This document shows positions 54,715-64,000 of a DNA stretch of 64,000 nt, in pieces. A program made the translations under genes and the position numbers. The stretch lies in IMG/VR virus record IMGVR_UViG_3300002307_000050; one strand, 5' to 3'. This DNA is from a virus. The notes below the pieces were generated by a model, which ran no database searches, was not told where the DNA came from, and saw only the letters and a list, made by a program, of their open reading frames with translations. The stretch's first letter is position 1. Every line of letters begins with the position of its first letter.

Positions 54715-55827
54715 ATGGAACCATTTTATCAAGGCCCATTAGACGTATTCCTCGTAGGACTTCGCGCTGAATTCAACGCAGTCGAAGATCAGGGAAAACG
54801 TTCACTTCAGGCTCTCATCGATTACTCGATGATCGGAACTGAATCAAAGGCAAACGCCTTGTACCTCAACGTCTCAGGATCAACTCCGGAAGGAATGATC
54901 GCTGTATGGCGCCACACTGGAACTACAGGGGTCAACGGACCAGTAGGAAAGCGTGCAGCAGGTGATCGCTACCCTAACGCTCAGTACCTCCGCACATGGG
55001 AGACTACTGTGTACGATCCAGACTCTCAGGATGCCGACCAGATCGTCGTCCCAGAGGAACGCCTCGCAAAGGAAGCGACTGTCTACAAGACTTACCTCAA
55101 CCGCGGTCAGAAGCTCTACGAAAAGTTCGTTCGTCAGAACGTACTCGACACATTCGAGCTCTTGAACCTCGCTTGGACTCTTCCAACCTCATACCCTTCA
55201 GCGAAGTTCTTCGCGAAAGGATCTCAAGGTCTCGATGGAAACTACACTGCTCTCAACGAGCGTTTGATTTCCACTCAGCACGCCCTTGCGAACGGAGGCA
55301 CTACTCGAAGCAACGCTGTCCAGACATCTGGAAACGCAGCGCCATTCTCAACGACAACTTACTTTGCTGCTAAAGAGCAGGGAGGAGCCACTGTTGACGA
55401 TGTTGCAGAGCCAATGCCAATGTTCGGAGGAATGCTCGACATCTACGTTCCTAACTACAACGGTATGGTGAAGGCAGTGAAGGACATCAACGAATCTATG
55501 TGGGAGCCGGGCGGAGCGAACAACGACATCAACGTGTTGAAGTCTGGATTCGAACGCATCGTCACTTCTCCATACATCGGTACTTCATACTACATCCCTA
55601 CGATCTCTAACCTCCGCTCATGGATCTTGGCTGATCGCAGCTCTGTAGACCCACAGATCGGTACTGGTTTCGTGCGCGTAGAGTTCTGGCCTATGAGTTC
55701 AAAGGTTGAACGTGTAGATCCAAACGATGCTATCGCTTACAAGGTTAAGCAAGAGTACTCATACGGATACGTCGACTGGAGAAACTTCCTCGGTTCGAAG
55801 GGAGACGGTGCTGCCTACTCAGGCTAA
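54715..55827 (+). CDS. putative major capsid protein (duplicate of 6657..7769)
   Basis: Exact duplicate. Confidence 0.45.
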   Translation: MEPFYQGPLDVFLVGLRAEFNAVEDQGKRSLQALIDYSMIGTESKANALYLNVSGSTPEGMIAVWRHTGTTGVNGPVGKRAAGDRYPNAQYLRTWETTVYDPDSQDADQIVVPEERLAKEATVYKTYLNRGQKLYEKFVRQNVLDTFELLNLAWTLPTSYPSAKFFAKGSQGLDGNYTALNERLISTQHALANGGTTRSNAVQTSGNAAPFSTTTYFAAKEQGGATVDDVAEPMPMFGGMLDIYVPNYNGMVKAVKDINESMWEPGGANNDINVLKSGFERIVTSPYIGTSYYIPTISNLRSWILADRSSVDPQIGTGFVRVEFWPMSSKVERVDPNDAIAYKVKQEYSYGYVDWRNFLGSKGDGAAYSG

Positions 55828-55856
55828 ATTATCAACGATAATATTGAAGATAATTT

Positions 55857-56507
55857 ATGAACACACCACTACCAAAGAACTACCAGTCTCCGGGCTCCGA
55901 CTTCTCTGCGAAGTCTGAGATCAACTCAAATGTATTCATTTGGGAAAAGAACGGACGTGGGTACGCGATGCAGTGCAAGACTACTACTGGCTCGGGAGTG
56001 ATCCCTCCAACTGACACGAACCTCTTCGGACAGGGTTGTGAAATCATGATCGTTGATAGCGGCATGAAATTCACAAACTCTGCCCAAGACGGTCTCGCGC
56101 CGGTCTGGTCAGGAATTGCGATCACCAAGAAGGTGTCTCTCACTTCAGCACAGATCCTCGCGCTCAATACCACAGCAGTGGAGCTCGTAGCAGCTCCATC
56201 AGCGGGGTATGTCCTCGATATCGTCTCAGTCGTCGGTCGCATGAACTTCCTCACGGCAGCGTATGCAACAAACACAGAGCTCGACATCATCGACACGACA
56301 TTGGGTACTGTCTTGTTCAAAGACACTGCCACATTGCTCGCGGCGGCAGCGACGAAAGTCGTGAAGGTAGAGCCGAACATCGCATCGAACGTTGGCCTCG
56401 CGGTCACTTCGGCGGGATCGGTATCTGCCAAGGTTGCGACGGGTAACCCTGCCACTGGCGCGGGAACCCTCGACATCTACATTACTTACTCGATAATTCC
56501 ACTCTAA
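55857..56507 (+). CDS. virion structural protein (duplicate of 7799..8449)
   Basis: Exact duplicate. Confidence 0.4.
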   Translation: MNTPLPKNYQSPGSDFSAKSEINSNVFIWEKNGRGYAMQCKTTTGSGVIPPTDTNLFGQGCEIMIVDSGMKFTNSAQDGLAPVWSGIAITKKVSLTSAQILALNTTAVELVAAPSAGYVLDIVSVVGRMNFLTAAYATNTELDIIDTTLGTVLFKDTATLLAAAATKVVKVEPNIASNVGLAVTSAGSVSAKVATGNPATGAGTLDIYITYSIIPL

Positions 56508-56511
56508 TCCC

Positions 56512-56796
56512 ATGAATATCATCACAACGCAAAGTGAACCGATCGAATTCCTTCTCCGCAGAGGACGAAAGATTTTGATCACTCCTACAGTTCCGGTAAC
56601 CGTCGACGAAGCAGAATATGTAATCCTCGACTCACGTCTTGGGTCACAGATCAAGCTTGTTGCCGACGAATCGAAACCTGCGGAAGCCGTTCAGGCTCCA
56701 GTCGTCACAGAAGAAGTCACAGCCCCAGTAGTAACTGCCCCAGTGGTAGAAGCTCCGAAAGTTGAGGCTCCTGCGCAGACGAACGTAGAGGGTTAG
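56512..56796 (+). CDS. small structural protein (duplicate of 8454..8738)
   Basis: Exact duplicate. Confidence 0.35.
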   Translation: MNIITTQSEPIEFLLRRGRKILITPTVPVTVDEAEYVILDSRLGSQIKLVADESKPAEAVQAPVVTEEVTAPVVTAPVVEAPKVEAPAQTNVEG

Positions 56797-56868
56797 TCGT
56801 TTACTCCCGAGCTTTAGGGCTCGGGGAATAAGTGCCTAATCCATTATCAACTTAACCAGTAAAAAATT

Positions 56869-57270
56869 ATGTCTAGAGATAAATCAGGTGTCACAAAAGT
56901 TCTCGATGGTGCAAGTGCGCTAGGTATTGGTGCCGCAGTAGACGTCTCCGACTGGAGGCACGTAGAGATGCAGATATCCTCTTCAGGAAGCGCTGCATTC
57001 ACGCTCAAATTTCAGATCTCGCAGTCTGCTGACAAGCCAGACTTCAACTCGGCAGCATCAGCGACCAATCGATGGACCTATGTCCAAGCGAAAAACCTCG
57101 ACACTGCAGCGACGATCGACGGTAGCACCGGCGTTGTGTTCGCAGCGGATGCAGTGGTCAACGTAGAGATCAACACAAACCTTATAAAGTGGATCTGCCC
57201 TAAGATTACTGCGTACACGCAAGGAAAGGTCTTCTGCGACCTCTCAGCTTGCAACGACAGTCTCCAATAA
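56869..57270 (+). CDS. virion protein (duplicate of 8811..9212)
   Basis: Exact duplicate. Confidence 0.4.
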   Translation: MSRDKSGVTKVLDGASALGIGAAVDVSDWRHVEMQISSSGSAAFTLKFQISQSADKPDFNSAASATNRWTYVQAKNLDTAATIDGSTGVVFAADAVVNVEINTNLIKWICPKITAYTQGKVFCDLSACNDSLQ

Positions 57271-57271
57271 C

Positions 57272-58147
57272 ATGACTGAGCTAGAAAAGACAAACAAAGA
57301 GCTCAAGGAATCGCAAGACAAACTCACCTCAATCATGGGTGCGATCAATCGTGAGACCGTAGAGCTTCAGAACATATCTGAAAAAAAGTTGGAAGCTGAA
57401 AAGGCCTACAACGATTTTGTCTCTACCTCAGAATCAGAAAAGACTCGAATCAACGGAGACATCTCTAGCATTACCACCGAATACGAGACAAAGAAATCGG
57501 CATTCGAAAAGGACATAGTTTCGATAGAGTCAGATCGAGATACTCGGGTAGAATCAGCGAAGACTGAGATCGATCAGATCAACACATCAGTGGGAACCGC
57601 TCAGACGAACGCTGATGCAAAGATCGCGCTCATCGAGTCGAGCACGAAGGAAATCGAGGCTTCTCATAAGAAGGACATCGAGATACTCGTCGCGGAAAAG
57701 GAATCGCTCACGCTCGCCAATGACACGTTCAAGACTGAAAACACGAAACTCAAAAATGAAAACAGTGAACTCACTGAGGAAAATAAAAAGCTGCAAACGA
57801 ACATATCCGACAGCGTTGCGGAGCTCTCTCGACTAGAGACAAAGATTCAGCCTCTCAAGGATGAAATCGGCGGACTCGAAACGGAGGAATCCACGCTTAG
57901 GGGGAACAGAGATGCAGTTGCGACTGACCTTCGCGAGAAAGAGAAGAAGGTCGAAGAGATTATCCAACTCACAACAGAATCTAATTCCAAGCTTGCAGAA
58001 ATCATCGCTAAGATCGACAAGAACTCACCTGAGTACGAAAAGTATGTAAACGACAAAGCATCTCTTTTCAATCAGACCGAGGCACTCAAAAAGAAAGAGA
58101 TCTTCATCAGAAACCGATACAAGCAAATTGGAATTGCTTTCGAATAA
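57272..58147 (+). CDS. coiled-coil structural protein (duplicate of 9214..10089)
   Basis: Exact duplicate. Confidence 0.45.
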   Translation: MTELEKTNKELKESQDKLTSIMGAINRETVELQNISEKKLEAEKAYNDFVSTSESEKTRINGDISSITTEYETKKSAFEKDIVSIESDRDTRVESAKTEIDQINTSVGTAQTNADAKIALIESSTKEIEASHKKDIEILVAEKESLTLANDTFKTENTKLKNENSELTEENKKLQTNISDSVAELSRLETKIQPLKDEIGGLETEESTLRGNRDAVATDLREKEKKVEEIIQLTTESNSKLAEIIAKIDKNSPEYEKYVNDKASLFNQTEALKKKEIFIRNRYKQIGIAFE

Positions 58148-58153
58148 CAAGCA

Positions 58154-61100
58154 ATGGCACGAACAGATGGAATATGGGAAGTTTCCGAGACAGGCGATTA
58201 CATCAAGATGCCCGGAGACGGATACGATGTCCTCATAAACGGACTCGATAGATATCTTAACTTCAACGACATGGCGGGATTTCCCGGCTATGGATTTCGC
58301 GATAACGGCGGAGTCATGGAGTTCAAGAATGACTTGGGCGTGTGGGCTCCGATCGGAACGGGCACTGGAAGCGGAACTGTCACGTCAGTGACCGCAGACG
58401 GAAGCCTCGTCGTGACCGTAGACAACACTGACCCTGCAAACCCCGTCGTACAATTCGGAGGTGTATTCACCGATGGCGTGACAATCACTGGCGATGGTCA
58501 CGTGTTCAATCCGCTCACTGCCCACTCTGGAGAGGGAACATCTTTTCTCACTTACAACCAGATCGCGTTTGGAGATCCTGCGAACATCATGACGAGCACT
58601 GTAGACTTTCAGTACAACATTGCAGCCCAACTCTTCGAAGTCGGATTCGGCGGTACTGGATACCTTCTCGTTAATCCTCTCGCGAGCTTCTATGCGATGG
58701 GTAACCCACTCGGAACTCGAATGGAATTGAACGACTCAGGAGCGACATCATTCAGCTCTTTCTCTAATTTTTTCTATGCGAACGGACTTGCAGGAGAGAG
58801 GTACATGCTCCTCGGAGGGGGGTTCTACCAGATTGGAGATCTCTCTGGATCTAATAATAAGTCACAGTTTACCATAAACGATGCGGCACAGACATTCACG
58901 ATGTCTGGAATCAGTAGTAGCAGATACTTTGTAGTGGACCCGAATAGTCAGATGTTCCAGTTTGGAGACATCGACAATGGCGGGAACGGGGACTTTTTCG
59001 AAATAGGCAAGAACAGATTCACCTTCTTCGGCAAGCCAGGAGGCATTAGAAGCCTCAACTTCGACCAGAACGCGAACACATACGAGATCGGGGACATAGA
59101 CTCAAGCAATGTGAATTCCACTCTCCTGATCGACGATGCAGGTAAGACGATCTATGCGAGGGCTCAGCAGTTTATAACACAGCAACCAACTGGCGAGCAG
59201 TTCATCATAGCCACGCTGAGTAGTATTCAGATGGGAGACTTGAGTTTCGTTGGCAACAATACGACACTCGGGATATTCGACTCGTCTGAGTTAATGCAGT
59301 TCTCCGTGATGGGGAACAGGTACTTAGACATGAACGTTGCAACGCAGACGTATGCGATAGGTGACCTTGATGGCGTGGCTGGCAACAACTATTTCACTAT
59401 CACGGATGGAAGTGGAGACATCCTAGCTCACCCAACATACGGCTTTACCATCACTGACGGAACAAACACCCCGTTTGTCGCATACACATTTGCTAACCAA
59501 GTGTACCTCTCAGGAAACGCATACCCGAACAACTTCGGAACTACCGGAGACATACTTTATACGGACGGAGCGGGCACTAACTTCTGGTCTGCGCCACCTG
59601 CCGCTTCTGTCGTTGCGATCGGACTTCCCATAACAGGAACCTCACCGAATCAGGTTCTGTTCATGGACAGCTCGAACAACCTCGCGCAGACCGCGCAGTT
59701 CTACTACAACCCAGACATAGCAGTTGACCATTTCACTATTGGATTTCCAACTTATGGAGACATTAAGTTTAATATTGATGCGGGAATAGGTTCGTATCAG
59801 CTTGGCTCTCTTCCGGGCAACATTGGTGGATTCGGAACATACCTCGACATCGTTGACGGAAGTCAACATATCGATCACTACTCGAACACTTTCACTGCGA
59901 ACCAAATCGGAACAGGACTCACCTACATCTACGCGGACTATCAGCCGGGCGGAACTATCGACATGAGACTTGGAGATTCAGGGTTCGCCGTGAACGGGAC
60001 GCAGTTCCTCATTCAGGATGCAATACAGACAATCCAAGCAAACGCCGCGTTCTTCAAGGTCGCAGATGCTAGTTCTAGTGTCCGCTTCTCGATTGATACA
60101 AGTACAGGTGCTCCTACCATCGGGGGATTTGGAGCGTATACTCTCCCTTCGTCTGGCGGAAGCCTTGGAGATGTTCTAACCGCAGGATTTGCAGGATCTA
60201 CCTCATGGAGTCCAGTTCCAACTTCGTCAATCGGAATTGGAACGACAATCACCGCATCTACCCCGTGGGAACTATTGTTTGTTGATGGATCAAACCAACT
60301 TGCGCAGGACTCAGGCTTAATTTTCCAACCTGTATCTGGAGGATCGCATCCATTCACATTCCACATCTCATTGAATAGCACCAACGTGTTCGATATCAAC
60401 AACACTTCTGGTCAGGCAAAAATCGGTAACTACGGAGGCGGTGGAGTAGGACCTGCGTATGCGACATTCGACTGGGGAACCACCGGAAACACTCAGTTTA
60501 GAAATTTCGGAACATTCTCTGTTGCTGATAGCTTGGGTAACCAGTCATTCCGAGTAACTCCAACTACCAACACTGTTAGAATCAGTAATGCGTTCGATCT
60601 TCCAACTGGCGCGACCCCACTCAACGGAGTCATGACACTTACGAGCTCAGGTGTTGCAGGATGGCAGTTGATACCTACGGCAAGTCTCGCATCTCATGCA
60701 GTGACATACGCTAAAATTCAGCAGGTTAATGCGAACAGAATCCTTGGAAACCCAACGGGATCACTCGCCGACGTGTCCGAGATATCACTCGGCGCGAGCC
60801 TTGGATTCTCAGCAGGATCCCTCAACGCGCTCCTCGGATCTACTCGGGTAGGTTTTGGAAACGCATCTGGATTCATGACGGACTCATCGAGCTTTATTTA
60901 CGACGACGTGACTGCGCACAAGTTCAACGTATCGCTTGCAGCGCACCAGTACCTCACTCTCGACCAACCAAACGGACGAATGCAGATCGGAGACATCACA
61001 GCAGCATCAAACAAGGTGTGGCTCGACTTGCGACCTGTGTTCAACAACACAATCCTCTACTCTGGAAACCAGTTCCAAGTTCAGTCTGGGACGAACCAGA

Positions 61101-62011
61101 TGCTCTCGCTCGATAACCAGTTCTGGCAATACTCGATCGGAGACATCTCTGGAGCGAACCACAGCACATACATGAACATCAGTGACCTGAACCAACAGCT
61201 CAGCATGGCATCAGCAGGTCACCTCATGTTTAGTGCCGATTGGATCAACTCGTTCTATAAGTTCGGAGACTCTGCCTCTGGGAACCATGGAGACCGCATT
61301 GAAATCGACGATACGACTGCAAACCAGTCAGTCTCACTCTTCGGAGGAAAGAACGTCGTGATCAAAGACAACGTTGGTCACCAGTTCGGAAACTTCGGGA
61401 ATGCTTCCGGTACGATCACGCTCGGAGACATCTCGGGAGTATTCAGCGGAAGCCAGATATCGATGGATATGGTCAACAACATGAACACGATGTTCGGCAC
61501 GTTGCTTCGAAACAGGTGGAGCGGAGTAAACGACTTCTTGATCGATTCTCAAAACTTCAACTACTATGCGGGAGACTTCGGAGGAAACAACAACCACTCG
61601 TACTGGAGATACAACGATGCCACCCAGACGTTCACTCTCAACACTGGAGGTGTCGTGGTATTCCAAGTCGACAACCAAGTAACAACTCTCAAGCTTGGAC
61701 GTAACGAACCAAATATCCAATTTGCTGACTATGGAACATCGACTAACCTGCTCTTGACTGACTACAACCTTCAGATCGGCGCAGCGGGATCAGGTGCAAC
61801 ATCAGTGACTCTTGATCACACGATTCCAGTGGGAGCGCTTATGATTGTCTCAGACTATGGAGCAGCCGCTCTCACGAACAACATCACCATCGATGCCGGA
61901 ACAGGTCACACTATTCACGGCACGACAATTGCGCAGACCTATGTGATCTCGCTCAACGGTGGATCTGTACAACTTAGAAAAGTAACATCTACCTCTTGGA
62001 AGATAGAATAA
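58154..62011 (+). CDS. tail fibre or receptor-binding protein (duplicate of 10096..13953)
   Basis: Exact duplicate. Confidence 0.55.
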   Translation: MARTDGIWEVSETGDYIKMPGDGYDVLINGLDRYLNFNDMAGFPGYGFRDNGGVMEFKNDLGVWAPIGTGTGSGTVTSVTADGSLVVTVDNTDPANPVVQFGGVFTDGVTITGDGHVFNPLTAHSGEGTSFLTYNQIAFGDPANIMTSTVDFQYNIAAQLFEVGFGGTGYLLVNPLASFYAMGNPLGTRMELNDSGATSFSSFSNFFYANGLAGERYMLLGGGFYQIGDLSGSNNKSQFTINDAAQTFTMSGISSSRYFVVDPNSQMFQFGDIDNGGNGDFFEIGKNRFTFFGKPGGIRSLNFDQNANTYEIGDIDSSNVNSTLLIDDAGKTIYARAQQFITQQPTGEQFIIATLSSIQMGDLSFVGNNTTLGIFDSSELMQFSVMGNRYLDMNVATQTYAIGDLDGVAGNNYFTITDGSGDILAHPTYGFTITDGTNTPFVAYTFANQVYLSGNAYPNNFGTTGDILYTDGAGTNFWSAPPAASVVAIGLPITGTSPNQVLFMDSSNNLAQTAQFYYNPDIAVDHFTIGFPTYGDIKFNIDAGIGSYQLGSLPGNIGGFGTYLDIVDGSQHIDHYSNTFTANQIGTGLTYIYADYQPGGTIDMRLGDSGFAVNGTQFLIQDAIQTIQANAAFFKVADASSSVRFSIDTSTGAPTIGGFGAYTLPSSGGSLGDVLTAGFAGSTSWSPVPTSSIGIGTTITASTPWELLFVDGSNQLAQDSGLIFQPVSGGSHPFTFHISLNSTNVFDINNTSGQAKIGNYGGGGVGPAYATFDWGTTGNTQFRNFGTFSVADSLGNQSFRVTPTTNTVRISNAFDLPTGATPLNGVMTLTSSGVAGWQLIPTASLASHAVTYAKIQQVNANRILGNPTGSLADVSEISLGASLGFSAGSLNALLGSTRVGFGNASGFMTDSSSFIYDDVTAHKFNVSLAAHQYLTLDQPNGRMQIGDITAASNKVWLDLRPVFNNTILYSGNQFQVQSGTNQMLSLDNQFWQYSIGDISGANHSTYMNISDLNQQLSMASAGHLMFSADWINSFYKFGDSASGNHGDRIEIDDTTANQSVSLFGGKNVVIKDNVGHQFGNFGNASGTITLGDISGVFSGSQISMDMVNNMNTMFGTLLRNRWSGVNDFLIDSQNFNYYAGDFGGNNNHSYWRYNDATQTFTLNTGGVVVFQVDNQVTTLKLGRNEPNIQFADYGTSTNLLLTDYNLQIGAAGSGATSVTLDHTIPVGALMIVSDYGAAALTNNITIDAGTGHTIHGTTIAQTYVISLNGGSVQLRKVTSTSWKIE

Positions 62012-62017
62012 AAAGCA

Positions 62018-62476
62018 ATGGCATTTAACACAGAAACAAAAAGCGATATTGGTCTCAATAACGTAAATAACACTTCTGACATGCAAAAGCCGGTATCAAC
62101 GGCACAGGCAGCGGCGATCGCTGCGATAGTCACCAGTGTAAACTCGATGTACGTGAATGGGACTCTATACACGGGCGTGAAGTCTTGCTCGATGAACAGA
62201 AATGTCGCATCGGGCGGATCGGTCGTGTTCTATCTCACAGATGATGGAACGGCTTCAGGAAACGCGATATTCCAAAACAATGTTTTCAAGTCTACCGCGA
62301 ACTTCTGGGCCGATGACGTCAGTAACCAGTATCAGATGGGAAGCTACTCATTGTCAGCAGATAGGAAGGTACTTACCTTAACGGTAAATAGACTCGGAAG
62401 CGTGCTTCTGGGTATAATACAGTTCTTGGCAAGTGCTACTGGAACCACGATTTACATGACCATAAGAGGAAACTAA
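62018..62476 (+). CDS. tail-fibre tip protein (duplicate of 13960..14418)
   Basis: Exact duplicate. Confidence 0.5.
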   Translation: MAFNTETKSDIGLNNVNNTSDMQKPVSTAQAAAIAAIVTSVNSMYVNGTLYTGVKSCSMNRNVASGGSVVFYLTDDGTASGNAIFQNNVFKSTANFWADDVSNQYQMGSYSLSADRKVLTLTVNRLGSVLLGIIQFLASATGTTIYMTIRGN

Positions 62477-62950
62477 TTATGAAGAAAAACTATCTAAAAC
62501 AAAAGAAGAATGGAATGCTCTACTTTCACGTGAGTCCGAAGAACGTGGGGAGCCTACTTGGTTTATTCATAGCGCTAGTCGTCGGCTACACGCTCATTCA
62601 TACAGGCGCTGCGAGACAGATTCAACAGGCCTTCTTCGACACATGTCTACCGTAAAAACACTCATTCAGACAGCCTTCATGATCATACTTTGCTGCTTTC
62701 TCTGGAAAATAAGTCGATCATTACAAGTAATAAGCGACGTGTATGCCGACTCAAGCATCACGATAAACTAAAATGGTAAACAGACTGGCAAAAGAAATGG
62801 CGATCAAGACACCTTCGAAGACAATAACGGTCGCGAAAAAGCCACCTCGCCCTCGTCCGGGAAATCCCAAACGGATGGCATAGGGACTTTTGAAAAGTGC
62901 GTGTTATAATTATTATTATTTAATTAAAAGCCTTCGGGCAAAAAAATCAC

Positions 62951-63193
62951 ATGGAAACTCCAATGACAGTTACAAGCGTATCGTTCGTAAACACAACTGA
63001 GAACATGGCTCTCGAAAAGACTCAGCGCAAGATGGTTGTCAGCTTCTCTAACAACACTGACCGCGTTATGACTCATCAGCAAGCTCTCAACATGATCGCA
63101 GGATCAACAAAGCAGCAATCTGAGGCAGCTCAGATGACAACTCTCGGAAACGGGATCAAAGGTGCTATGGACACTCTTATCGCAGCCGAATAA
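62951..63193 (+). CDS. hypothetical protein (duplicate of 14893..15135)
   Basis: Exact duplicate. Confidence 0.35.
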   Translation: METPMTVTSVSFVNTTENMALEKTQRKMVVSFSNNTDRVMTHQQALNMIAGSTKQQSEAAQMTTLGNGIKGAMDTLIAAE

Positions 63194-63208
63194 TAAACTC
63201 TTTTTAGT

Positions 63209-63478
63209 ATGGAACAAGCACACACGAAAAGATCAAAAACTAATCTTGTTGACACAATGCTAGAAAATTGGTCAATAATCTTGGTGCTTGCTTCCATCAT
63301 ATTCTCATGGGCGAATTTTAAGAGCGACGTCTCAAGCTTGCAAGCTCAGGTAAACAAACACGATGTTTCTCTCCAGACGTTGAACGAGAACTATCAATCG
63401 ACGTCTCAGACCACATCGAACAACATCGCAAGCATAAACACGAAGCTCGACATTATCATGAAGCACGATGGTCTCTAA
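63209..63478 (+). CDS. small membrane or coiled-coil protein (duplicate of 15151..15420)
   Basis: Exact duplicate. Confidence 0.35.
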   Translation: MEQAHTKRSKTNLVDTMLENWSIILVLASIIFSWANFKSDVSSLQAQVNKHDVSLQTLNENYQSTSQTTSNNIASINTKLDIIMKHDGL

Positions 63479-63483
63479 AAAAA

Positions 63484-64000
63484 ATGGATATCACACTACA
63501 ACCAACTTTGGACATGACGAATGACTACCTCGCGAACTACACCACGGGTAACATCGACGTTCCTGCTCGCATCCGCGCAATCAATCGTGCGATCGAGTAC
63601 GTTGACCGTAGAATGGGCCTCCCATCGAGCGAGAAAATATTTCCCTTTGTTTACGTTCAAGGCAACATGTTCACGAACCTCCCAGAGGACTTCAACGAGC
63701 CGATCACTCTTGTGTATCAGAAGCCACAAGACAACATCCCTTGCAATAACTGGGAATGGCAGCAGTATCCGTACATCCTCCAGAACAACGAGTTTCGATA
63801 CGGTCAGAAGAGCTTCGGAACTACTAACATCAACGGTCCAAAGCAGCTCATTCAGCTTGGACGAAACCTTCGACAGGGTGCGGTGATAAACCCTTTCAAT
63901 AGCCTCAACCTCGTCACCCTCTCCGGAGATGCGATAGACGGGGCAGTCGACAACAACCAGTTCGTCTTCGGCGGTGGATCAGTATCGTTCACAATCGATC
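63484..64000 (+). CDS. virion structural protein, 5' part truncated by the window end (duplicate of 15426..16616)
   Basis: Exact duplicate, partial. Confidence 0.4.
   Translation, partial: MDITLQPTLDMTNDYLANYTTGNIDVPARIRAINRAIEYVDRRMGLPSSEKIFPFVYVQGNMFTNLPEDFNEPITLVYQKPQDNIPCNNWEWQQYPYILQNNEFRYGQKSFGTTNINGPKQLIQLGRNLRQGAVINPFNSLNLVTLSGDAIDGAVDNNQFVFGGGSVSFTID

Larger units (their letters stand above)
48059..64000. repeat. exact direct repeat of window positions 1..15942 (genome period 48,058 bp)
   Basis: Identical nucleotide sequence and identical ORF translations at an offset of +48058. Confidence 0.95.

Noticed and set aside
1-64000. CRISPR arrays, integrase/att pairs, transposases
   Set aside because: No short regularly spaced direct repeats, no tyrosine or serine recombinase-like ORF, and no IS-like inverted repeats were seen. 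The only att-like hint is the degenerate tRNA-like element at 43764..43836

Overview
The window holds one full copy plus a 15.9-kb exact repeat (1..15942 = 48059..64000) of a 48,058-bp tailed-phage (Caudoviricetes-like) genome. This is consistent with a circular or terminally redundant/concatemeric template, and nothing in the second copy is independent evidence. The genome forms two divergent transcription blocks that separate at an AT-rich control region (43040..43834) and converge at a tRNA-Gln plus terminators (27.4..27.65 kb).

The rightward (+) late block contains: a tRNA-like element, a putative small terminase, a Zn-ribbon ORF, the large terminase (GC-rich module), a full-length GroEL, the portal, a terminator-flanked J-domain 'moron' cassette, a 500-bp structured non-coding region, scaffold-like and capsid proteins, a 1285-aa tail fibre with a tip protein, five large virion proteins, GroES, and a PurD-like ATP-grasp enzyme.

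The leftward (-) early block packs about 45 mostly small genes. Recognisable ones include many Cys-rich Zn-ribbon proteins, a DUF3820-like protein, an MmcB-like PD-(D/E)XK nuclease, an Xis-type HTH protein, a DUF2829/Tad2-like protein (candidate anti-Thoeris sponge), RusA, an SPFH/prohibitin protein, a K-rich histone-like protein, an E/K-rich coiled-coil protein, a HAD phosphatase, a GH19 endolysin and a holin.

I saw no Shine-Dalgarno sequences and starts sit in A/T-rich context, which suggests a Bacteroidota-like (or other SD-independent) host. I recognised no integrase and no DNA polymerase, helicase or primase.

The most unusual features are the phage-borne chaperone set (GroEL, GroES, J-domain) whose GroEL and GroES genes share an identical 21-nt start region, the PurD-like ATP-grasp gene beside GroES, a palindromic 18-bp motif repeated before the two capsid genes, an orphan terminator and tRNA-like element in the divergent control region, and a 22-bp long-range RNA stem sequestering the start of the Tad2-like gene.
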